Program-made: the position numbers and the translations under genes
The notes under the pieces: generated by a model
The model's database searches: none
What the model saw: the letters and a program-made list of their open reading frames with translations, nothing else
What the model was told of the DNA's origin: nothing
Assembly: GCA_001724265.1 (NCBI GenBank)
Contig: MEDY01000240.1
Coordinates: 51,126 to 71,125, forward strand
Direction of reading: 5' to 3'
Length of the DNA stretch: 20,000 bases
Source: Rhizaria sp. SCN 62-66
Taxonomy: Eukaryota
In this document: positions 1 to 9,100 of the stretch, piece after piece
How positions within the stretch are numbered: position 1 is the first letter of the stretch
How the letters are laid out: every line of letters begins with the position of its first letter

Positions 1-1
1 G

Positions 2-3000
2 GGAGAGCGCAGTGACCAGGAGCAGCGCGGCGCGCAATCGGGGCAGCGCCGCGCGGAGCAGGCGGGTGGCCTCTACCTGCAAGGACACCGCGGCCGCACA
101 ACTGACGCCATCAACGCCGGCAGCCTTAGCGTTGTCGCCTACGGCAGCACTCGTGTCGTTGCAGTCGAGAACGTTGTTATTGCAACTGTTGTCTGTTGTT
201 GAGGTGGGGTGATCACGTGACAAGATCGGGGCCGTGAAGACTGTCTGCTTCGGTGCGTACAAGCTTAGGCCAGCGCTGCTACCGCCACTGCCCCAACCAC
301 CACTCGCGTTCACGCTGCGAGAATGTGTGTTTGTGCAGGGCTTGAATGTTGCGTTTAGACTTGAGGCAAAACCTGTCGCGCCAAAAGGTGATGATGCTAC
401 GGCCGTCAAAGCTGTACCCGAACCGGGGTTGCTGCCGTTGCGCAATGATGAAGCCTTCACACTGGCTGCCGTAGCGGCAGTACTCAGAGAGCTTAGCAAG
501 TCGTCAAAACTAGAGTTGCTGGCGTTGGTGCTTTGATTGGGACTGTCTAAAGTCTCTAAGCGGGCGACAACGCCAAAAAGCCCTGCATGTACATCATCAG
601 CAGACTTTTCGCCCAGAGCGTCGACAGGGTTAGTGATGGGATTAAACGAGTCAGTCGCGGAGCTAGAAGCGGGCGATGCTGCTGCTAAAGCTGAAGCCGA
701 TGCGGCCGAGACCAAGGCAGAGTGCGAGCCTGTGACAGCGGCAAAGTGCAGCCAGTTAGTATCATCTCCGAACGCGACCACACTCAACCCGCTCCGGCCA
801 TTGAGGCTGTGGCCACTGCCCGCCGCAGCGCCGCCGGCGAGGCTCACGAAGGAGAACTTGCGGTAGTTGTCGCCGCGCGCGAGCGGCATGCGATGCTGCG
901 GCGGCGGCAGCATGAAGCTATGCGCGGGCCGGCCGGAGCGCAGAAAGGACTCGATCAGCAGCCTGTCGCGCGCGCGGGCCTGTTGCTGCTGTTGCTGCTG
1001 GAGCTGTTGTTGCTGCAGCAAGGCAATAGTCTGGGCTTGCGTTAGAGCTGACGCCGGTAAACGCGGTTGCTGCTGTTGTTGCTGTTGTTGTTGTGGATGC
1101 TGCTGATGTTGTGCCTGGGATTGAACACTGCTTCGCTCGAAAGCACGGGGGCGGGAGCTCGAGCGAAGTGCCATATCGTGCAAGTGCCTCGCGGGCGCCG
1201 GCGTCGGCGCGTACAGACTCGAGACGGCGCCCGTGGCCAGGTCAAACGCGATCAGCGCAAGCCCCGCGGTTTGGGCCACGAGCACCGACGGCCGCTGCGG
1301 GTGCGTCGCCGCGCTAAGAACGCCAAAGCCCGCGGAGGCGAGCGCTGCGGCCGCCGTGGGGGAGAGCAGCGGCGGGGGTGGCAGCTGGCCGGGACCGAAG
1401 CTACTGGCAGACATTGCCGCCGTTGCCGCTGTCGCTGATGTGAAGGCCGATAAAGAAGCGCGAGAGGGGGCTGCGGTGGCGGTGACGGCTAAGTCGGTGA
1501 GCAGGCGACGGCCGCAGAGCCAGGAGCGGCTTGACTTCAAGCTGTCGAGAGCCATGACGGCGGAGACGGCAGCTGCAGAAGCTGCTGCTGGCGCCATGTG
1601 AGCCGTATCATGCGCTGCAGCGGGGGCTAGGTGACTGTGAGAAGCTGTGTTGAGTTTACTGTGATACGAGGCAGGTGGGGGATATACGCACAGTTCCACA
1701 CGACGGGGATCGACATCAGTAGCATCAGCTGAATCATTGCTCTTTGGAGTGAAGCCGTCATTATTCATAGACTTTGATTGAAAGTAAAAGTAGTCGTCAT
1801 CGTCGTCATCATCGTCGTCATCGTCATCTCGCATGTTCTCTTTCTTGCCCCCCGTCGTACCGCAGCCGCCGCCACCACCGCTCTCCAGGTACAACGCGCG
1901 GCCCGCCCGCGCCTCCCGCTCCGCCCACTGCTCCCACGCCACGGCTTCGGCCACAGCGGCCTCCAGCGCCAGCGTCGGCAGGTGCAGCCCGCCGAAGCCG
2001 CCGCCGCCCGCGCCAGAGCCCGCGGCAATGACCGAGAGCCCGAAGGCGCGGAGGTCGAGCACGTCCAGGTGCCCGCTCGCGGTGACCGTGAGCAGCGTGT
2101 GCGAGCTCGACGACAGTAGCGGCGCGACGAGCGGGTGCGACGCCGCGAAACCGGGGCCATGGCTCTAGACAGCATTAGAATGACTGTGCGACAGGCTCGT
2201 GTGCGCTGCGAAGGCTTTGTTGTAGCTCGAACTGAAGATGTCTACCTCGCTACCGCAGTGCATATCATGCCTGCTGCTGGCGCTGGACGGCTCTACATCT
2301 GCGTCTGGGAACACGACCGAGACGATGCGTTTGTCGACGGTGGTCGTGCAGGTGGAGAGCGATGAATGCAGCGATTGCGGGCTCACGCCCCAGACAGACA
2401 TCAGCGACGAGGCCGCCGCGGAGGCGAACGCAGTCGCGGCGGTGCGCGTGCTGGCGCTCGCAGCCGCACTCGCAGAGCTGGTGGCGTTTGAGGTTGAAAC
2501 AGGCGATGACAGACCAGAGTCTCCAGATGCAGTTACGTTTGCAGTCGCTGCGGCTGCTGCGGCGGCAGAGGCAGCCTTCTCCGCCGCGCTTGCAGCCTCT
2601 TTCAGAGCATACTGCGTCCAGCTGTCGACGCTCGGCGCGATACGGTAGTAAATACCGGAGCCAACGCTGGTCACGGAGGACGTAGTGCTTGACCGGAGCA
2701 CATTGTGGCAGCTGGAGGCGACTGCGGTAACGCCGTTAAGCGGCAAGTTAAGCCGCCAACTTGGTGGGGCGGCGGCCGTGAGAGCGTCAGACTGCACCGA
2801 GACGTGGGCGGCGTTATTGTTTGTGCTGAAGTTGCTATCCGCGCTGGCAGTGTGGTGCGTGTGAGTGTGGCTGTTTGTGCGTGTGTTCATGTTGTTGTCT
2901 GAGAATAAACTGTACTCGTCATCGTCGTCATCGTCGTTAATCGCGCTACTGCTGCGGACAAATCCGCCCCGAGCGCCTACACCGCCGGTATAGTTCGTCC

Positions 3001-5806
3001 CCGCAGCAGAATTAGCACGGATGCCGGCGGTGCTGTTCATTGCGCTATTACTGTTGCTGTTGCTGTAGCGCGATGTAAACACCGGACTCGACCGCCCACT
3101 GCTCACACCGGCGGAGTTCGCGCCGCCCCCGCCGCTGTTGTTGTTGTTGTTACCGCCAAGCAGCAGCCTGTGCGCAGTGCTCACAGTCTCCTTGTAGGCG
3201 GGCATGCGCACGTCCCAGACGAGCGTGTGGCCGCCCTCGGTGCCCGCGACGACAACGGCGGGCGCGTGCGGCGTGGCGGCTAGTGCTGTGAAGCGCGTCG
3301 TTGTGTTGTACAGCGAGGACGGCAGCAGCAGCGTCGTGTACGGCCGCAGCGACATTGTTGGCGCCGTCGCCGTCGTCGGCGCCGCGCTGGGAAAGCGCAC
3401 CGTGACGGTGCCGTCTGCGCGATCGCCCACGCTGCCAAATATATCGTCATCATCATCACTATCATTGCTGTCGTCGTCTTTAACATGAACGGAGTTGTTG
3501 CTGTGGGAAGTTGCGAAAGAAGCGTTCTGGACAGTCGCATCAATAACATTTTTGTAGTCGCAGGCCGTGGTATATGCTGACTGTGATGGCGCGAGCAGCT
3601 GGGAGCTTGTGTTCGCAACCGCCTTACCAGTCGCGATATTCAAGCACTGCTGATGGGTACTAGTAACACTGTTCGTGTTTGCAGTGTCAGCGGACGCGTT
3701 ATCGACAATGGACATCAGTGAGTCCCACCGGCTATGCTCACAGTCACCAGTTAGATCAGCGCTACCTCTTAGAGACTCGCTGTGACTGCTGCTTAAAGCA
3801 CAATCGTCAACAGTCGGTGCAAGCACGGCGCCGCGCGAGGCGACGAAGCGCAGCAGCGCGCCAGTTGTCACCACGTCGGCATCGATCGCGGCGACCGCGG
3901 CAACAGGAGACGGTGCAGCGTCAGATGATGCATTTTGCGAAATTTGTTGTGTCGATTCGCGGATTCGCGCCAGAACAACACGTGAGTCGCTCTGGGCACT
4001 GTTTAAACCAGGTGATGTTGTTGTGACTAAACAACGCCTCTTGTTGTGCGAGAACAGTTGGGTATCGTCGTCTTCAATGTTGTCGTCTTCGTGCGCATCG
4101 TGAGCGACGGTGACGGCGGTACTCAGTAGCAACCGCCTCCGTCGCTGCTGGAGCTTCTCTAAACGAAAGCCGTGCCTCTGTCGCTGCAGCTGCCCCACGC
4201 TCAACGCGTAGCTCGACGCCACGTGCGCGCGGCCGCTTGCGACCGCGAAGCCCTGCACGAGCCGTAACGTCTCCCGGCTGCCGGCGCCCACAACGCTCGT
4301 GCGCCCGGCCAACACCGCAGCGCCGGACGCAGCCACAGAGCCCTGACCGCTGTGGTGACCAGGTGTGAGTGTCAGCATAGAGTTAATGTTGGCTATCGGG
4401 TTAGATAGGAATGATATGTCGTAAATATAGGCCGCTTTGGACGAAAACCCGACGACTGCGAGCAAACCGCCTTTGTCTGCTCCAAAGCCACCAGTGCAAG
4501 CACTTAGGTTAGAGCCAAGTGTAGCACTGATATTTTTATCTATGTTTGAGTCAGCTTTACCACTGGTGCCGCTGGTTGTGTTGCTGTAGCGAGGGGACAT
4601 CCCCGTAGCAACAACAGCAGCGGGTGCGGGCAAAAAGCGCATCGCTGTGACTTTGCTGCCAATGCTAAACGCAATCGCCGCAGTCGCGCCTGCGCTGGCA
4701 GCAGTGCCCGCATTTGTGACAGGGCTGGCTGCAGCATTAGTTGCAGCCGGGCCTGAAACCAGCGGCTTCAGCGCCTGGCTCGCCCCGGTCTCAGCACCGA
4801 TCGCACTTGCGCTCGCAGCGCTAATACTGCTGTTGGGATTATGCGACGGGAATACAGCGCTGTTGAGCGTCGCCTCAGCGTGTTCGCTGCCGTCCCAGCC
4901 GTTGTCCTCAACACTGCATTTGCCCTTAGCAGTCGCGTGACGAGTGCGGAAACTTGTACCAAAGCGAATTGAGTGTTCTTTTAATACAGTCTCAATCGCG
5001 CCTGCAGCCAGCTCGCGCAAAGTCACAGAGCTACGCCGTAAACCTGCATTGTTGGCACTGGCTGCACTCCCACTTACACTCGAGACTGAGGTACCTACAT
5101 TGAAGTCAGTCCTGCTCAGACCACGACTGTTATCGTCGCCAATGCAGCCATCCTCCGCGGCGGCGGCGCGGTGCACGGCCGTGGCGAGCGGCGTTGCGGC
5201 GATCGCGAGCCCGGGCGCCGCGTGCGTGTCGGCAAGGAAAAGCAGGTGCCGTACAACGGCGTTCTCGACGGCGGCGGCGACGAGGCGGCCGTCGCGCACG
5301 CCGAACTCGCGCAGTAGCGACACAACGCGGCCGCAATTCAGCGCGGAGAGGTCCAGCTGCGCAAGCACCTCGCTCGGGGGGCAGAACGGGAGCGCGGAGG
5401 CCGCGGGCGCGGAAGCAGCGGCGGTGGCGGAGCTAGAAGAGGAGGGGGGAGAGCAGAGGAGCTCGCGCTGCACCACGAAGTCCATGTGGGTACGCGCGTC
5501 GCCAATAACCAACTTGGATAACGCGTTGGCAACGTGGGTAATGCGCGCGCAAAAGTCTTCGTATGCATTTTCAAATGAATACACCTCGATCAAGCCCGCG
5601 TACGTCGCAGATGCCAGGAGGGAGCCATCCGGCGAGAAATCCAGCGCGATTACGGGGCTTTCATCAGCGCCGGAGAAGCGCGACGCGTTTGACAAGCCAC
5701 GTGGGGTAAAAAACCATGGCATAAGACGGTATTGAGAAGCAGCGTCTACTGCGGAAGGGAGAGGCGGGCCGAATGGGACGGCGGCGTCATGGCCGCAGAT
5801 GTCCAT
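2..5806 (-). CDS. Large WD40/beta-propeller repeat protein with long low-complexity insertions; 3'-partial (runs off the window), at least 1935 codons, one in-frame TAG at 2165-2167
   Basis: The track ORF 2165..5860 stops at TAG, but manual translation of the same frame from 2164 down to 2 (721 codons) finds no stop. WD40-like blades lie on both sides of the TAG: SPVIALDFSPDGSLLASATYAGLIEVYSF (5573-5659), FTALAATPHAPAVVVAGTEGGHTLVWDVR (3206-3292), LLTVTASGHLDVLDLR (2048-2095) and VLSAATHPQRPSVLVAQTAGLALIAFDL (1238-1321). The first in-frame ATG is at 5806; the true 5' end may involve an upstream exon. Confidence 0.75.
980..1110 (-). repeat. CAG/CAA trinucleotide tracts encoding poly-Gln in the WD40 protein
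   Basis: Plus-strand (ctg/ttg)n runs translate on the minus strand as QHQQHPQQQQQQQQQ and QQQQLQQQQQQQ, in the frame downstream of the TAG. Confidence 0.85.
1793..1828 (-). repeat. GAC/GAT tract encoding poly-Asp (12 residues)
   Basis: Plus-strand (gtc/atc)n in the WD40 gene frame, with variation confined to synonymous third positions. This supports coding downstream of the TAG. Confidence 0.8.
2165..2167 (-). other. In-frame TAG inside the WD40 gene (putative recoded or read-through codon)
   Basis: The minus strand reads AAT GCT GTC TAG AGC CAT GGC CCC. The frame is open for 1213 codons before (from ATG 5806) and at least 721 codons after, with no drop to intergenic AT-richness. Confidence 0.7.
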
Positions 5807-5815
5807 CAGGAGCCT

Positions 5816-5951
5816 CTGCGGGGGCAGGGATAAACAGATATAAACATGGGATTTAGACAATATAATTACATACTATAGTATGAAAGTCACAATCCTATTC
5901 AATAAAGTTGGATCATTTCAATAGACGGATCCTGTGATGTACATCACTCAC
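5816..5951 (-). other. Candidate spliceosomal intron at the 5' end of the WD40 gene
   Basis: On the minus strand it starts GTGAGT (5951-5946), has an AT-rich body, and ends in a pyrimidine tract TTTATCCCTGCCCCCGCAG (AG at 5817-5816). Its 136-nt length is similar to the intron in the neighbouring gene. Confidence 0.5.
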
Positions 5952-6128
5952 TGCGATGAGGGTGAACAGAGCGCGAAAGCAAGACTCGCCGCTTGCCAGT
6001 CGCTGGTGGTTGCTGGCAGGGGGGTCTCCCAACGGCTCGATCGGATCGCGAACTTTGTTTTCAAATCTCGTTGCCTTAACATCCGTGTAATTGTCTGCCA
6101 GGCAATTGCTTCGGATTTTTGTGTAAGT
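5952..6128. promoter_or_regulatory. Compact divergent promoter / 5' leader region between the WD40 and C2CD3-like genes
   Basis: Head-to-head genes with ATGs at 5806 (minus) and 6129 (plus). Inferred from position only; no motif identified. Confidence 0.35.
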
Positions 6129-9100
6129 ATGCAAACACAGACATTTTCCCTGCCTCCCGGAGTGCGTGGGGACGTCTTGGGTGAGATCGCCCTGACGATC
6201 GACCGCGTGCAGTGGGCAGTCAAGGGCAGCAGCAAAGTTGGTCTTCCCGCAGGGCCAGTCTTTGTCCGCGCGAAATGGTGGGGTGACGAAGGCGTGAACG
6301 GCGCGTCTATTTTCCTCCCTGCTACATACCCGTTGCGTCCTTCACAACAAGACACTCTCAAAAACACCATTGTGTACGGTGTTCGTGGCGACATCAGTCG
6401 CTACCTTTCTGGTTCGTCCCTCTTCTTTCTCTTGCTTCATGTAATGACAACTTCCACTCTGACAAATGAGCACATATAGTTCACTAAATGTGTTATTTTA
6501 TTCTCACAATGCGTTATACTCTGGCTTGTGTTTATCTTTGTCCGAAACTCTCTCCTCGCAGACATGAAGCTGCTGGTGTGCGACGTCTTCCCCCTCGAAG
6601 CCTCCTTCGACGCCGCGGCCGTGCGCCGCGAGAGCTACAAGAAGGCCTCCCGCATCCTATGGCCGAACCGCCGGCTGCCCGCGACGCCGGCGCCCGCGCC
6701 GCTGGCCGTGGCCGTCGCCGACCTCACCACCTTCGTCGACCTCCTCTCGCAACGCGACAGCAACACAAGCAAGGCCAACGCAGCCAACGCCACTGCTGCT
6801 GCGGATACAGCGCTGCCATCGACGAGCATCTGCATTGACGTGCCGATTGTGCAGGCCACGCGCGTCCTGGGCCAGCTTTCGCTGCACCTGGCATTCACGC
6901 CCTTGTCGGGGCTGCCGCAGTTGCTGGCCCCGGGCCCCGCCGCCGCCGCCAAGGCCGCCGCTGCCGCCGCTGCCGCGAAGGGCCAGGTCAGGGCGGGCGC
7001 TGAGGCCGCGGCCGCGCTGGGGGCGGCGCAGGAGCACCCCTTCGACCAGTTCCCTACTGTAGCTACTGCTGCTGATCCCGCCATCAACACTAACACTTCC
7101 GCTGCGACGGCGGCGGTGGCAAGCGCACCTCGCGAGAGCGCCGCTGGCGGCAACGCTGCTGCTGCGGCTGCTGGTATGTGGCGGCCGCAGTCGCCGACGT
7201 TGCAGTCGCCGTCGCCGCGGGCGCCTCTCAATGGCCAAGGCCTCCACGATGTCTCCACACAGCATCAGCAGCACCAGCAGCAACTGCAGCAGCAGCAGCA
7301 GCAGCAGTATACTGGGAGCAACAACGGCAGCATGACCGAGACGGCGAACCTGCTCTTGACCCCCCGCCCTCTCACCCAAGGCCAGCAGCAGCAACAGCAG
7401 CAGTATGCCCAGCAGCAGCAGCAGTATCAGTCTCAATCTCACTACAGCAGTGACGCGCAGCTGCTGCAGTCCCCCCAGCCCCAGCATCTCTCCTCGCAGC
7501 TCAGCAACAACAACAGCAGCAGCGGCGGCATCAACGTCAACGCAAGCGTGTCTGTGAGCAGCCGCGACCGCGATCATGGCTGCGACCGCGAGCGCGCGTC
7601 GGCTTACGGCGCAAACCTGCCGCAGATGCCCCTCCCTCAGCCCCAAGACCAACAACAGCAGCAGCAACAACAGTAGCAGCACGCAGCGAGCTCTAGCTCT
7701 AGCTCAAGCGCGAGCGCTACCTCTGCCTCAGGTGCCCGCTCTGGCACTGGCTCTGCGCTGGACTCGCTGTTCCCGCCGATGCCGCTGAGCGCAAGCGCGC
7801 ACCCCGACCTGCTCGCCCTGCGGCTGACCGTGGAGCAGGCGTCTCTCTTCGCCGCCGATGCCGCACTCGCCTCGGCAGTCTACACGGGCCGCCTCCCCGC
7901 ACCCGCGCTCGCGCCCCCGCCCCTCGCTGCGCTCTCCGCGGCGGCGTCCGCCGCGCCCGGGTCGATTGGCGCGCGCGCGGCGGCGGCGGCGACGTTCGCG
8001 ACGGGCTACGTCTACGCTACGATCACACCCTGCCCCTCGGCGCTGGCCACCGCCGCCACCACCGCCGCCGCGCGCGCCGCCGCCGACGAGGGCTACAGCA
8101 GCAGCGTTGCGTTTAGCAACGGCGTTTACGCGCCCGCGCCGCCGCTGGCCGCAATCCCGCTCGACTCTGCGCCGTTCGTGACGCCTCTCGTGCCCGCGCG
8201 GCCGCACCCACGCTGGCTCAGCACCAACACAGTTCCGCGCATCTTCTCCGCGCACCTGCCCGCAGCGCTGCGCGGAATGCGGCTCCGCTTCCGCGTGCAC
8301 TGGTGCCCGCCGCACGTCGCGGCGATGCTCCGAGTCAGCGGCTACCTGCCGCCGACCGTGGGCGGCCATAGTACGGACGCGGGAGCCGAGTCGACTGGCT
8401 CTAGCCCCCTCGACGCGCACACCCGCGACGCCACCGCCGTGGCCGTGACCGTGGCCGGGGTCGGCGCCGCGAGCACGACGTGCCACGCCACCGCCGCCGC
8501 CGCGGGTGCAGCGGCCGGCGCCTATTACGGCCCCCACCAGCAGCAGCAGCAGCGCGGGGGGCTGGGGCGCGGCGGATGCCTGCGCCCGGCGGCATGCGGC
8601 TGCGGCCACTGCGGCTGCCCTGTCTGGGCCATCTACCGCCACGGCAGCAACTCTAGCTCTCGCATCTCCGATGCTGACCCCAGTAGTGCGAGCAGCAGCG
8701 CAGCGGTGGGTGCGGCGGGTCCTGTGTCGCGGCTGCAGCGGCTGCTGGACTCGGCCACTGCCCCCGGCTCCGGCTCTGGCTCTGGCTCCAGTTTTGGCTC
8801 TGGCTTGGGAGCGAGCGCTAGCGGCGGCTCGAGCTGGGGCGGCTACAGCATCGTCCGCGCCGACGCCCGCCCCCTCACGACGAGTGCCTCTGGCCCCAGC
8901 CAGCACGGGGGCTCGCTGTTCGCGCACGCCGCCGAGGGACTGGCGACGCAGTTGGCTACCGCGCTGCGCGGAGTCGCCGCCGCGCGCGCCGTACCGCCCC
9001 TGCTCTCCCCGCTGCCGCTGCCCGCTGTCACCACGACGACGACTGGCGGCGCGAGCGGCGGCGATGTGGAGTGCGTGGCCGACACGGACGGTGGCCGCGG

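Noticed and set aside
6123-6128. GTAAGT donor-like motif directly before ATG 6129
   Set aside because: Using it would delete the conserved C2CD3-type exon, and no supporting upstream exon was found.
5807-6563. Track starts at 5860 (TTG), 5934 (GTG) and 6528 (GTG)
   Set aside because: These are bacterial-style alternative starts that fall in intron-like or leader sequence; homology places the plus-strand start at ATG 6129.
7554-7676. An intron GTGAGC..TAG removing the poly-Gln TAG
   Set aside because: The segment is GC-rich, has no pyrimidine tract, and has several CAG acceptors just before the TAG; it does not resemble the 6412-6561 intron.
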